From the NCBI GenBank assembly GCA_014894455.1, contig JADBLN010000057.1, positions 2,003 to 66,002 on the forward strand: a stretch of DNA of 64,000 nucleotides, in the 5' to 3' direction. A program made the position numbers and the translations under genes. Within the stretch, counting starts at the first letter, position 1. Each line of letters starts with the position of its first letter. The stretch comes from Acidobacteriota bacterium (GTDB lineage: Bacteria; Acidobacteriota; Aminicenantia; Aminicenantales; Saccharicenantaceae). Under the pieces are notes generated by a model that searched no databases, was not told the DNA's origin, and was given only the letters and a program-made list of their open reading frames with translations. This document shows positions 53,735 through 63,649 of the stretch, piece by piece.

Positions 53735-54493
53735 ATGGCCACGTTCGAGGAAGAATTCAAGCGCATCGAAAAGTCCATCGACCGCGTGACGCGGTCGTTT
53801 ATTTTCCCCAAGAAGATCGATCTCCGCGGCGGCGAGAACTTCGTCCAAGAGGGTCCGAACATTATCATCGGGAACCACATCGGGAGCTACAAGGACGTGG
53901 CCATCATGCTCCGGACCGTGCCGCGGATGATCTTCTTCACCGCCAACAAGATGATCTTCGATAAGAAAGAGGCGAGCGAGCTCGTCCTTCGTCACCTCCA
54001 TCGGCACATGGGCAAGTTCGGCGGGTTCGTCCATCTCATCCTTATCCCGCTCTACTCCTACATGGTCCACTTCGTGTCCGGGCATGTGGCCAAGATCGGC
54101 TCCATTCCCGTCGACATCTACGGCAGCAAGCGCGAGTCGATCCTCAAGTGCCAGGACTATCTGAGGAAGGGAAGGGCCATCATCGCCCTGCAGGGCCGGG
54201 GCCGCGTCCACCCCAAGGACCCGAATCCCTACGTCAAGAGCTTCCGGCGGGGCGTCTCCATCATGGCCTACAATCTTTTCAAGCAGGAAGGCTTTGCCGT
54301 CCCCGTCACGCCCATGTCGATTTTCGGAACCCACATCATGTGGGGAGTGCCGGCGACGATCAAGGTTAACGTCGGGAAACCGCTTTATATCAGAGACTAC
54401 TGGGGAGGCGGCGAAGTGGAGACCGTCGAGAAGTTCCGGGCCGCCCTCGAACGGCGGGTTTCCGGACTTCTGTACGAAAGCTTGTCGTGGTGA
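53735..54493 (+). CDS. PlsC/LPLAT-like acyltransferase, divergent motifs
   Basis: 252 aa. The block I-like sequence IIIGNHIGSYKD has five rather than four residues between His and Asp. A block IV-like sequence VPVTPMSIFG is present. Confidence 0.5.
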   Translation: MATFEEEFKRIEKSIDRVTRSFIFPKKIDLRGGENFVQEGPNIIIGNHIGSYKDVAIMLRTVPRMIFFTANKMIFDKKEASELVLRHLHRHMGKFGGFVHLILIPLYSYMVHFVSGHVAKIGSIPVDIYGSKRESILKCQDYLRKGRAIIALQGRGRVHPKDPNPYVKSFRRGVSIMAYNLFKQEGFAVPVTPMSIFGTHIMWGVPATIKVNVGKPLYIRDYWGGGEVETVEKFRAALERRVSGLLYESLSW

Positions 54494-54514
54494 GGACAGT
54501 GTAGGATTTAAGGT

Positions 54515-54542
54515 TTGACCCCTTCTTTATTTTTGTTATAAT
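54515..54542 (+). promoter_or_regulatory. sigma-70-like promoter for the POT transporter (TTGACC-N16-TATAAT)
   Basis: TTGACC lies at 54515-54520 and TATAAT at 54537-54542, 58 nt upstream of the ATG at 54600. Confidence 0.5.
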
Positions 54543-54599
54543 CCCCGCGCCTTGAACGCGACCGGTCATTCGCGAAATCCCTTCCGAGGACGGTGAACC

Positions 54600-56282
54600 A
54601 TGTTTAAAGGACATCCCAAGGGCTTGTTCGTCGCCTTCTTCGCCAACATGGGCGAGCGCTTCGGCTTCTACACGATGATCAGCATCTTCGTCCTGTTCAT
54701 GCAGGCGAAGTACGGCATGTCAGCCGCCGCCGCGGGCTCCATGTACGCGACCTTCCTGGTCGGCGTCTACATCTTCCCCCTGCTCGGCGGCTTCCTGGCC
54801 GATCGCTACCTCGGCTACGGCCGGACGATCAGCCTGGGCATCATCATCATGTTCATCGGCTATGTCATGCTGGTTCTGCCGACGGCGATGAACACCGGCT
54901 TCCCCCTCATCGTCGCCGCCTTGGCCGTCGTCGCGCTGGGCACGGGCCTTTTCAAGGGCAACCTGCAGGCCCTCGTCGGCAACCTCTACGACGACCCCAA
55001 GTATGCGGGCATGCGCGACCGGGCCTTCAACATCTTCTACATGGGCATCAACATCGGGGCCATGTTCGCCCCCTCGGCCTCCATGGCGGTGTGCAACTGG
55101 ATCATGGGCAAGTCCCACTTCGTCTACGACGCCCGCATCCCGGCCCTGGCCAACGATTTCCTGAAAGGCAAGCTGGCCGACATCGCCTCCTATCTGACGA
55201 TCGCCCAGGGCCAGGACCCCTCCGTGACCGCCGACACCCTGCGCGGCTTCTCGGAAACCTATATCAACGCCCTGAGCAAGTCCTACCATTACGCGTTCGG
55301 CGTCGCCTGTATCAGCTTGATCATATCCATGGCCATTTTCTGGGCCTTCCGCAAGCACTACAAGACGGCCGCCATGTCCGTGCGCCAGAAGGCCAAGTCC
55401 GAGGCCCTCAAGTCCCAGGTCGTCGAGTTGACCCGGGAACAGACGCGCGAGCGGCTCGTCGCCCTCGGCCTCGTCTTCTTCGTGGTCATCTTCTTCTGGA
55501 TGGCCTTCCACCAGAGCGCCGTGACCCTGACCTACTTCGCCAGGGACTACACCGTCCCGAGCGTCAGCAAGGCGACCAACCTCTGGTTCGACCTGACCGG
55601 CCTCCTGCCCGTCTTCCTATCCGCCCTGGGGCTCGTCTTCCTCGTGAGGAAAGCCTCGGGAAGCCTGGCCCGCATCTTGGGGGGGGGCGCGTTCGTCGGA
55701 TTCGGCGTCCTGGCCTACCTCCGCTACAGCGGGTACGACGCCGTCAACCCGTTCCAGCCCCAGATGTTCCAGCACTTCAACCCGTTCTTCATCGTCGTCC
55801 TGACGCCCATCGTCATCGGCATCTTCGGCTGGCTCAACCGCAAGGGCAAGGAGCCGACGGCGCCGCGCAAGATCGGCATCGGCATGCTCATGACGGCCGT
55901 GGCCTATGCCATCCTGATCGTGGCCTCGATCGGCCTGTTGAGCCCGAAGGCCCTCGGCGGCCTCGTCGCCCCGGCCGGCTCCCAGGTCTCCGTCTACTGG
56001 CTCATCTCGACCTATTTCATGTTGACGATCGCCGAGCTCCTCCTCAGCCCGATCGGGATCTCGTTCGTCTCGCGCGTCGCCCCGCCCAAGTACAAGGGCC
56101 TGATGCAGGGCGGCTGGTTCGCGGCGACGGCCGTCGGTAACTCCCTGGTCGGGGTCACCGCCTGGTTCTGGGAGCGCCTGCCGCTCTGGGCGGTGTGGGC
56201 TATCCTCGCCGGCGCCTGCATCCTGTCCGCCGCCTTCATCTTCTCCATCATGAAGCGGCTGGAGAGGGTCGCCCGGGCCTAG
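54600..56282 (+). CDS. proton-dependent oligopeptide transporter (POT/PTR2 family, MFS)
   Basis: 560 aa. The N-terminus HPKGLFVAFFANMGERFGFYTMISIFVLFM carries the POT signature. Confidence 0.9.
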   Translation: MFKGHPKGLFVAFFANMGERFGFYTMISIFVLFMQAKYGMSAAAAGSMYATFLVGVYIFPLLGGFLADRYLGYGRTISLGIIIMFIGYVMLVLPTAMNTGFPLIVAALAVVALGTGLFKGNLQALVGNLYDDPKYAGMRDRAFNIFYMGINIGAMFAPSASMAVCNWIMGKSHFVYDARIPALANDFLKGKLADIASYLTIAQGQDPSVTADTLRGFSETYINALSKSYHYAFGVACISLIISMAIFWAFRKHYKTAAMSVRQKAKSEALKSQVVELTREQTRERLVALGLVFFVVIFFWMAFHQSAVTLTYFARDYTVPSVSKATNLWFDLTGLLPVFLSALGLVFLVRKASGSLARILGGGAFVGFGVLAYLRYSGYDAVNPFQPQMFQHFNPFFIVVLTPIVIGIFGWLNRKGKEPTAPRKIGIGMLMTAVAYAILIVASIGLLSPKALGGLVAPAGSQVSVYWLISTYFMLTIAELLLSPIGISFVSRVAPPKYKGLMQGGWFAATAVGNSLVGVTAWFWERLPLWAVWAILAGACILSAAFIFSIMKRLERVARA

Positions 56283-56289
56283 TCCCGGG

Positions 56290-57366
56290 TCACAGGATGG
56301 CTTTTTTCTTTTCCAGGTAATAGAGGTAGTTCTCGTAGGTGACGTCGGGCGGGACGCGGTGGTCGACGCACGGCAGGTAACCGCCGCGTTCGACGAGGGG
56401 GTGGAGCTTCTCGAGCTCGCGGTCGATGGCGTCCTTGCCGGCGATCAGGGCCATCTTGTCGACGCCGCCGAACAAAAGGACTTTATCCCCGTACTCTTCC
56501 CTCAGCCGCAAGGGATCCGTGTGCAGGGCCTCGATGGGGAACATGCAGTTGATGCCGCCCCTGAGCCAGCCCGGGACGAGCTCGTAGATCCGGCCGTCGC
56601 AGTCGAGGACGTTCACGGCGATGCCGCGTGTCTTGAGGGCGTCCGTGATCCGCTTGTAGCGCGGCACCATGAGCTCCTCGAAGAGCCGGGGCGACATGAG
56701 CGGGCCGTGATTGTAGCACATGTCCTCCCACCACCAGGCGACGTCGACCCCGTCCGCCGGGATGTGCTTCTCGATGAACTCGAGGTCCATCAAGGCGATG
56801 TGCTCCATCATCTCATCGACCCAAGTGCGGTCGGTCATGAGGGCGATGGACAGGTTCTCGAGGCCCATCCAATCGCGCAGCCAGCCGTAGAGCGAGCCGC
56901 AGTGGAAGAGGATGGGCATGCCGGCGGCGTGGGCCGCGGCAATCGCCGCCTGGACGTCGCCGACCCGGCCGGGACGCCCGGAGTCGAGTCGTTCGTCTCG
57001 GAGTCGCTCCCAATCGGCCCGGGTTTCGACGGCGAACTTGAGGAACTTGGGCATGGAAGAGTCGTAGTCGAGCATTTCGGTCAGGGCGCCGTCTCTCGTC
57101 TGGACGATGCGCCGCTCGCCCCTCAGCTCGATGGTTTTTTCTTCAAAGGCCGGAAACAGACCTTTCTGGATAGGGACTTCGGGGATGATGGAGATCCCTT
57201 CGAGTCCCAGGCGCCTCTCGACGTCCTCGTTCGTCCGGCAGTCGCGGGGCAGGCCCTGCTCGTGCCAGACGGCGATCGTCTTGTCCCAATACCCGAACTC
57301 CATGTCCGGGACGCGGTCCGGTTTCTCCCAGCGGAAAACCCTGTTGAATCGCTCGCGGATGGTCAT
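56290..57366 (-). CDS. uroporphyrinogen decarboxylase (URO-D) family protein
   Basis: 358 aa with N-terminus RVFRWEKPDRVPDMEFGYW and an overall URO-D/MtaA-like TIM pattern. Confidence 0.65.
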   Translation of the reverse strand: MTIRERFNRVFRWEKPDRVPDMEFGYWDKTIAVWHEQGLPRDCRTNEDVERRLGLEGISIIPEVPIQKGLFPAFEEKTIELRGERRIVQTRDGALTEMLDYDSSMPKFLKFAVETRADWERLRDERLDSGRPGRVGDVQAAIAAAHAAGMPILFHCGSLYGWLRDWMGLENLSIALMTDRTWVDEMMEHIALMDLEFIEKHIPADGVDVAWWWEDMCYNHGPLMSPRLFEELMVPRYKRITDALKTRGIAVNVLDCDGRIYELVPGWLRGGINCMFPIEALHTDPLRLREEYGDKVLLFGGVDKMALIAGKDAIDRELEKLHPLVERGGYLPCVDHRVPPDVTYENYLYYLEKKKAIL

Positions 57367-57380
57367 CAGCCTTAAGGGGC

Positions 57381-57593
57381 TTAGCCGACCTGGACGTACT
57401 CGGCGATCGACCGAGGTTCCGGAAGCGGCTGATTGTCACGCCGAAGGCCCCTTATATGCATTTCGATGGCCTTCTTCATATTGCTCTCGGCGTTCGCCCG
57501 CGTTTTTCCGGCAGCGACACATCCCGGAAGGTCTGGAGAATAGGCCGAATAGTTCTTTTCGGCTTTTTCGATGATGATGAGATATCTGGCCAT
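57381..57593 (-). CDS. hicB: HicB-family antitoxin (UPF0150)
   Basis: 70 aa. MARYLIIIEKAEKNYSAYSPDLPGCVAAGKTRANAESNMKKAIEMHI is the typical HicB N-domain. Confidence 0.85.
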   Translation of the reverse strand: MARYLIIIEKAEKNYSAYSPDLPGCVAAGKTRANAESNMKKAIEMHIRGLRRDNQPLPEPRSIAEYVQVG

Positions 57594-57596
57594 GGC

Positions 57597-57791
57597 TTAC
57601 TCGTTCTCCTTCAGGCCTGCCTGTTTGAGGACGCTGCTCAGAGTCCCGGGGGCCAAGTCATCGTTCCTGTGACCCGCGACCGTCACCCGACCCCTCTTGA
57701 CGGGATGCTTATACTGCCGATGACTCCCTCTCCGGGCGATCTCATACCAGCCGTCTTCCCTGAGCAACTTTATAATATCACGGATCTTCAT
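57597..57791 (-). CDS. hicA: HicA-family toxin
   Basis: 64 aa from the ATG at 57791. The sequence reads MKIRDIIKLLREDGWYEIARRGSHRQYKHP...VAGHRNDDLAPGTLSSVLKQAGL. Its stop lies 3 nt before the hicB start. Confidence 0.85.
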   Translation of the reverse strand: MKIRDIIKLLREDGWYEIARRGSHRQYKHPVKRGRVTVAGHRNDDLAPGTLSSVLKQAGLKENE

Positions 57792-57900
57792 TCCTTGACA
57801 TAGACGAACAGGATCGGCGGGAATTCTCGGCCCTAGGCACGCGTTGAAATGCGGCCGCGCCTGTATTAGAATGAGAGGCACAAGGACCGAGGTGCTTGAG

Positions 57901-60900
57901 ATGAAACACCGATCGAACGGCAGAGCCTTCTTCGTTCTTTCCGCCATCGCCCTCGCCGCTTTCCAGGGCTGCGCCCGGAAGGGCCCGAGCCCGGACATCG
58001 TCATCGCCAAGGATGCTTCCTGGCACGAGCGCGCAGCGGCGGCCGAGATCAGCCGCTATTACTACCTGAGGACCGGCGATCTCCCGGCTCTCCGGGAAGT
58101 GGAGTCGTTCTCCCGGGTCGCGTTCCCGGCCGTGGCCGTGTTGGAAAAAGGCGGGACATTCGCCCGGGGCCTGGAGGACGCCGGCGCCGCATCGAAAATC
58201 GCCGCCCTCGGGCCCGAGGATTACTGGCTGAAGACGGTCCTGCGCCGGTCCGGGCAGATCGTCCTCGTCGCCGGCGGCAGCGGTCCGGCCGTCCTCTACG
58301 GCGCCTACCAGCTCGCCGAGAAGCTGGGCGTCCGTTTCTTCCTCGAGGGCGATGTCGTCCCTGACGGGACCGTCAAAAACCTCAGCCTCGACCTCGACGA
58401 GACGGGCCACCCGCTCTTCGCCGTCCGAGGCATCCAGCCCTTCCACGATTTCCCCGAGGGCCCGGACTGGTGGACGCTCGAGGACTACAAGGCCATCCTG
58501 AGCCAGCTCCCGAAACTACGGATGAACTTCTTCGGCCTCCACACTTACCCTGAGAATCCCAGCAAGGAAAAAGGGGCCACTCCGAACGCCGAGCCCACGG
58601 TCTGGATCGGCCGGGAGGGCGATTTCGGCGCGGACGGAAAAGTTCTCGCTAGCTATTCCACGAGCTACCAGAACACCGCCCGCGGCAACTGGGGCTACGA
58701 GGCCAAGAAGACCGGCGATTTTCACTTCGGCTCGGGCCTTCTCTTCGAGCGCGACGATTTCGGCAACGACGTGATGGCCGGCTTCAGCCCCGACCCGGCC
58801 ACCCCCGAAGCCTCGAACGAGGTCTTCGACCGGGCCGCGGCCGTTTTCCGGAACGCGTTCACCTTGGCCCGGCGCTTCGGCGTCAAGACCTGCGTCGGGG
58901 CGGAAACGGCGCTGACCATCCCCGACCTGGTCAAAAAGCGACTGGCCGACTCCGGCCGGGAGCCCAAGGACCCGGCCGTCGTCAAGGACCTCTACAAGGG
59001 GATGTTCAAGCGGATCGCCGCGGCCTATCCTATCGATTATTATTGGTTTTGGACGAATGAAGGATGGACTTGGGACGACGCTTCGCCGGAGGCCATCAAG
59101 GCCGTGACCACGGACCTCGATATGGCCATTCAGGCTTGGAAGGAAGCTGCCCCGCCTTTCGGCCTGGCGACGTGCGGCTGGGTCCTCGGCCCGCCGTCGA
59201 ACCGGACGCTCTTCGACCAGGTCTTGCCGAAGAACGTGGCCATGAGCTGCATCAATCGCGAGGTCGGCAAGGCGCCCGTGGACCCCGGGTTCTCGAGGAT
59301 CTCGGGTCGGTCGCTCTGGGCTATCCCCTGGATGGAGGACGACCCCGCGCTCACCTCGCCCCAGCTCTGGGCCGGCCGGATGCGCCGGGACGCGGCCGAC
59401 GCCCTGCGCTACGGCTGCGACGGACTGCTCGGCATCCACTGGCGGACGCGGGTCCTCTCGGCGAACGTCCTGGCCCTGGCCCGGGCCGCCTGGGACCAGA
59501 GCTGGAACACCCTGCCCGGACGCGTCGCCGACGACATCGGACCGATCACCGGCCAGTTCGTGGCCTTCAAGGACCGGAAGATCGCCGGCGCCGGCCCGGA
59601 CAGCGAGGCCGTTTACCGGGACGTCCGCGACCGCGTCTTCGGCTATCATCTGCCCGTCCCGAACGGCACCTACTCCGTGACGCTTCAATTCGTCGAAGGC
59701 GAGATCAAGGAAAAGGGCCGCCGCGTTTTCGACGTCCTGATCCAGGGGCGCAAGGCCGCGGAGAAGGTGGACATCTTCGCCGCCGCCGGCCTGTTCAGGG
59801 CCTACGATCTGATGTTCGAGAATATCGAGGTCGCCGACGGCCGGCTGGCCATCGATTTCGCCGACCGCATCCACTACCCCTCGGTCGCCGCTATCGTCAT
59901 CAAGGGGAAGGGCTTCGTCAGGAAGATCAATTGCGGCGGCCCGGCCGTCCTCGATTATGAAGCGGATGGACCGGAGACGGAGCGGCACCTGCCCACGCTC
60001 GATTTTTACCTGGATTGGTGCCGCGCTCAATTCGGCGCTGAGGCGGCGGAGGAGATCGCCGCGGTTTTCGCCCGCATCGACGGCCGGCACCCCGTCCCCG
60101 TCACCTGGATCGGCGGACCCGGAAACATCCAGCCCGACCCCCGGCCGTGGGACGAGGTCAGGACGGCCTACAGATTCGTCGACGACCTGGCCGTGCCCGC
60201 GCCCAAGGTTTCCGGGATGGGGAACCGGGAGCGTTTCGACTACTGGCTTCGGAACTTTCGCTACATGCGCGAGGTCGCCCGCTTCAACTGCCTCTGGGCC
60301 GTCTACAACAAAGCCGTAGAGAAGGCCAAGGCGGCAGCGGACGAGCCGGCGAAAAAGGCCATCCTCGAGGCTGAGGCCCTTCCGGTCCGGGCCGAAATGG
60401 CCGCGGCCCTGCGCGGAATTTTCGCCGCGCTTCTCGCCACCGTAAGCAACACGGGCGAGCTCGGGACGATCGCCAACTGGGAACAGCACCTCCTCCCCGG
60501 CGCCTGGGAGCGGCCGGAGGCCGAGCTCGTGAAGATGCTGGGCGGGAAATTGCCGCCGGAAGTCCTTCTGGCCCGAGAGTATGCCGGGCCCCTGCGGGTC
60601 ATCGTCCCGGCCGTGCGGACGTCTCTCGAGGCCGGCGAAGCGCTTTCGCTCAAGGTCCTCGTCCTGGCCAAGGGCCGGCCGGAGTCCGTCGCGTTCTGCT
60701 GGCGCGAGATGGGCAAGGGGGCGTTTCGGACCGTCCCCCTGGAGAACGTCGCTCGGGGCGTCTATCGCCTGATTCTCCCCGTGCCAGAAACCGGTATCGA
60801 GTACTATATCGAGGCCCGAGCCGACGCCCAAGCCGTTTTTTTTCCGGCTACGGCTCCGGCTCTGAACCAGACCGTCATCGTTTTTCCGGCGGCGAAATGA
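57901..60900 (+). CDS. malectin-domain lipoprotein, putative glycoside hydrolase
   Basis: 999 aa from the ATG at 57901, with lipobox LAAFQGC. The N-terminus resembles alpha-glucuronidase/GH20b N-domains (VLVAGGSGPAVLYGAYQLAEKLGVRFF). The malectin block reads YSVTLQFVEGEIKEKGRRVFDVLIQG. Confidence 0.7.
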   Translation: MKHRSNGRAFFVLSAIALAAFQGCARKGPSPDIVIAKDASWHERAAAAEISRYYYLRTGDLPALREVESFSRVAFPAVAVLEKGGTFARGLEDAGAASKIAALGPEDYWLKTVLRRSGQIVLVAGGSGPAVLYGAYQLAEKLGVRFFLEGDVVPDGTVKNLSLDLDETGHPLFAVRGIQPFHDFPEGPDWWTLEDYKAILSQLPKLRMNFFGLHTYPENPSKEKGATPNAEPTVWIGREGDFGADGKVLASYSTSYQNTARGNWGYEAKKTGDFHFGSGLLFERDDFGNDVMAGFSPDPATPEASNEVFDRAAAVFRNAFTLARRFGVKTCVGAETALTIPDLVKKRLADSGREPKDPAVVKDLYKGMFKRIAAAYPIDYYWFWTNEGWTWDDASPEAIKAVTTDLDMAIQAWKEAAPPFGLATCGWVLGPPSNRTLFDQVLPKNVAMSCINREVGKAPVDPGFSRISGRSLWAIPWMEDDPALTSPQLWAGRMRRDAADALRYGCDGLLGIHWRTRVLSANVLALARAAWDQSWNTLPGRVADDIGPITGQFVAFKDRKIAGAGPDSEAVYRDVRDRVFGYHLPVPNGTYSVTLQFVEGEIKEKGRRVFDVLIQGRKAAEKVDIFAAAGLFRAYDLMFENIEVADGRLAIDFADRIHYPSVAAIVIKGKGFVRKINCGGPAVLDYEADGPETERHLPTLDFYLDWCRAQFGAEAAEEIAAVFARIDGRHPVPVTWIGGPGNIQPDPRPWDEVRTAYRFVDDLAVPAPKVSGMGNRERFDYWLRNFRYMREVARFNCLWAVYNKAVEKAKAAADEPAKKAILEAEALPVRAEMAAALRGIFAALLATVSNTGELGTIANWEQHLLPGAWERPEAELVKMLGGKLPPEVLLAREYAGPLRVIVPAVRTSLEAGEALSLKVLVLAKGRPESVAFCWREMGKGAFRTVPLENVARGVYRLILPVPETGIEYYIEARADAQAVFFPATAPALNQTVIVFPAAK

Positions 60901-61961
60901 GCGATACCGTCCTCCTGCCGAAGCGCCTCCGGGCCCCCGAGGTCGTCGCCCTCCTCGACGGCATCTGCCGCTCGGCCGAGGCCGGGCCGCTGACCCTCGA
61001 TTTCCGGGACGTCGAGGAATTCGACAGCTCGACCCTGGCCCTCTTGAACTACGTCCGGGGCCGACTGGCGAACGTCGTCACGGTCAACATCGGGGGCGCC
61101 TTGGCCCGAGCCGAGGAGAGCTTCGTCAGGAGGCCGCCGACCGAGGAGACCAAAGGGCCGCCCTCCGGGAGCCTGCCCAGCCGGGTGCTGACCGCCATCG
61201 CCGACCGCTTCATCTTCCAGGCGAAGAGCCTGGGGCGGTTCCTGGCCATGCTCGGCGACGAAGTCTACCACGTCGGTGTTTACCTCAAGGAGCGCAAGGG
61301 CGTCTATCCGGGAGAGACGTGGAACCAGATGTTCTTCATGGGCTACCGCTCTTTTCCCATCGTCTGCCTGCTTATCTTCCTCGTCGGGGTCACGATCTCG
61401 ATCACCTCGGCCGAGCAGCTGCGGCACTTCGGCGCCGACATCTACCTCGCCGACCTCGTCGGCCTCGCCATGCTCAAGGAGCTCGTGCCCCTCATGACCG
61501 GCGTCATCCTGGCCGGCAAGGTCGGCGCGGCCATCACCGCCGAGCTGGCCAGCATGACCGTCCTCGAGGAGGTCGACGCCCTGAGGACCATGGGCGTCGT
61601 CCCGGAGAAGTTCCTCATGGTCCCCCGCCTCCTGGCCATCACCCTGGTCGTCCCGCTCCTCGTGGCCATGGCCGACGTCGTCGGCATCTTCGGCGGCATC
61701 GTCGTCGCTCGCGTCACCTTCGGCACGCCCCCGGCGGCGTTCATCCGCGAGATGATGACGAGCGTCAAATGGACCGACTTCGGCTGGGGCCTCCTCAAAG
61801 CCGTCGTCTTCGGCTGGGCGGTCGTCGTCGGGAGCGGCTTCAAGGGGCTGACGGTCGGCCGGAGCGCCGAAGAGGTCGGCCGGGCCACGACGGAATCCGT
61901 GGTCTTGTCGATCACCCTCATCATCCTCATTGATTGCATTTTCGCGTTCCTCCTGTATTGA
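60897..61961 (+). CDS. mlaE: MlaE-type ABC permease with N-terminal STAS-like domain
   Basis: 354 aa. The STAS-like N-terminus reads PLTLDFRDVEEFDSSTLALLNYV. The MlaE core reads LVGLAMLKELVPLMTGVILAGKVGAAITAELASMTVLEEVDALRTMG. Its ATG overlaps the upstream TGA (ATGA at 60897-60900). Confidence 0.85.
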   Translation: MSDTVLLPKRLRAPEVVALLDGICRSAEAGPLTLDFRDVEEFDSSTLALLNYVRGRLANVVTVNIGGALARAEESFVRRPPTEETKGPPSGSLPSRVLTAIADRFIFQAKSLGRFLAMLGDEVYHVGVYLKERKGVYPGETWNQMFFMGYRSFPIVCLLIFLVGVTISITSAEQLRHFGADIYLADLVGLAMLKELVPLMTGVILAGKVGAAITAELASMTVLEEVDALRTMGVVPEKFLMVPRLLAITLVVPLLVAMADVVGIFGGIVVARVTFGTPPAAFIREMMTSVKWTDFGWGLLKAVVFGWAVVVGSGFKGLTVGRSAEEVGRATTESVVLSITLIILIDCIFAFLLY

Positions 61962-61965
61962 GACC

Positions 61966-62715
61966 ATGGATATCATAAGAGCTCGCGATCTGACCGTCGG
62001 CTACGGCCGGACCGAGGTCCTCCGCGACCTGGCCTTCACCGTCCCCGAAGGGCGGATCACCGTGGTCCTGGGCGTCAGCGGCTCGGGGAAATCGACGCTG
62101 CTCAAGACGCTCGCCGGCCTCCTCCCGCCGCTCGGGGGAGAGTACGACTTCGCCGGCTCCCGCGTGGATTACCGCTCCGAAGCCTCCCTCCGCTTTCTCT
62201 ACGGGAAGATCGGCGTCCTTTACCAGGGCGGGGCGCTTCTCAACGGCCTGAGCCTTTTCGAGAACGTCGCCCTGCCCATCCGCATGCAGCACCCCAAGAT
62301 GCCCGAGGACATGGTCCGGGACATGGTCTACGCCAGCCTGGCCCAGGTCGAGCTCGCCGGGAGCGCCGAAAAGTATCCGGCCGAACTCTCCGGCGGCATG
62401 ACCAAGCGGGGGGGCCTGGCCCGGGCCCTCGTCCTCGACCCGGACGTCGTCTTCTGCGACGAGCCCTCGTCGGGCCTCGACCCGATCACGTCGGCCCTCC
62501 TGGACGATCTCCTGCTCCGGCTGAAAGAGACGTTCAAGATGACCCTCGTCGTCGTCACGCACGAGCTCCGCTCGATCGAGCGGGTGGCGGACAGTGTCCT
62601 CGTCGTCAACGACGGGGGCCTCCGTTTTTCGGGGGACTACGCCGACCTGGCCGCCGCGGACGACAAATTCATCCGGACATTCTTTCTCAGGAAGGACAGC
62701 CATGATAACGCATGA
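61966..62715 (+). CDS. mlaF: MlaF-type ABC transporter ATP-binding protein
   Basis: 249 aa from the ATG at 61966, with Walker A GVSGSGKST, signature LSGGMTKR and Walker B VVFCDEP. Confidence 0.9.
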   Translation: MDIIRARDLTVGYGRTEVLRDLAFTVPEGRITVVLGVSGSGKSTLLKTLAGLLPPLGGEYDFAGSRVDYRSEASLRFLYGKIGVLYQGGALLNGLSLFENVALPIRMQHPKMPEDMVRDMVYASLAQVELAGSAEKYPAELSGGMTKRGGLARALVLDPDVVFCDEPSSGLDPITSALLDDLLLRLKETFKMTLVVVTHELRSIERVADSVLVVNDGGLRFSGDYADLAAADDKFIRTFFLRKDSHDNA

Positions 62716-63649
62716 ACAAAAGATCCGCCTGGGCGTTTTCCTGTCCCTGGCCACGGTCATCTTCATCGCCGTCGCCGGTTTCTTCATCGTCCCCAAGCTC
62801 CGCGACCCCGGAGACGTCTACTTTGTCAACTTCCGGGACACATCGGTCCAGGGCCTCCTGGTCAGTTCCCCCGTCAAGTATCGGGGCGTCGAAGTCGGCC
62901 GGGTCATCCGGATCGACGTCAATCCCAGGGACCTCGACTCCGTCCTCGTCGACGTCAAGATCCGGCAAGGGCTGATCATGAAGAAGGACATGAGCGCCGT
63001 CCTGGTCTACATCGGCCTGACCGGGCAGAAATATATCGAGATCAGCGGGGGGACCCTCGCTTCGGAGAAGCTAAAACCCGGCGGGGAGATCCCCATGGGC
63101 CGGGGCCTCGGGGAAAAAGCTCAGGACATCGTCACCGATATCGCGACGACGACCTCGCGGATCACTGAGCTTCTCACCCCGGAGAACCTGAAGCGCTTCT
63201 CCGCCTTCCTCGAGAACGCGGAGAAGGGCTCGGCGGCCCTCTCCGGGATCCTCGTATCCCGCCGGACGTCCCTCGAGAACACACTGGCCAATTTCGAAAA
63301 GGCGTCCCTCGAATTCGCCCGGGCGACGGAGAAGTTCGTGCCCATGACCGAGGACATGAACCGCCTCATCCGGACGCTCGAGACGAATTCCCAGGAAACC
63401 CTCGGCAACATCTCCCGCCGCTTCTCGAGCGAGGAAATGGGCCAGGCCATCAAGGACGTCCGGGCCTTCCTCGACACGGCCTCGGTCAGCCTGAAAAAGG
63501 TCGAGAGCGTCCTCCTCGAGCAGCAGTCGGAGTTGACGCGGACGTTCTCGAGCCTCGGCGTCGCCGTCGAAAACCTGGCCCGTTTCTCCCGAGAGATCGC
63601 CGACGAGCCGTCGGCCCTCTTCCGGACACGAAAGGACAAGAAAAAATGA
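62702..63649 (+). CDS. mlaD: MlaD/MCE-domain substrate-binding protein
   Basis: 315 aa from the ATG at 62702. It has an N-terminal TM, an MCE domain (SPVKYRGVEVGRV) and a long helical C-terminus. It overlaps mlaF by 14 nt. Confidence 0.85.
   Translation: MITHEQKIRLGVFLSLATVIFIAVAGFFIVPKLRDPGDVYFVNFRDTSVQGLLVSSPVKYRGVEVGRVIRIDVNPRDLDSVLVDVKIRQGLIMKKDMSAVLVYIGLTGQKYIEISGGTLASEKLKPGGEIPMGRGLGEKAQDIVTDIATTTSRITELLTPENLKRFSAFLENAEKGSAALSGILVSRRTSLENTLANFEKASLEFARATEKFVPMTEDMNRLIRTLETNSQETLGNISRRFSSEEMGQAIKDVRAFLDTASVSLKKVESVLLEQQSELTRTFSSLGVAVENLARFSREIADEPSALFRTRKDKKK

Noticed and set aside
54511-54528. Shared motif AGGTTTGACCCC(C/T)TCTT at 54511 and within the palindrome arms at 37336
   Set aside because: The exact match is only about 12 nt. 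Matches of that length are expected by chance many times between the two strands of a 64-kb GC-rich window.
58516-60831. 771-aa ORF on the - strand
   Set aside because: It is antisense to the malectin-domain hydrolase gene and is a shadow ORF.
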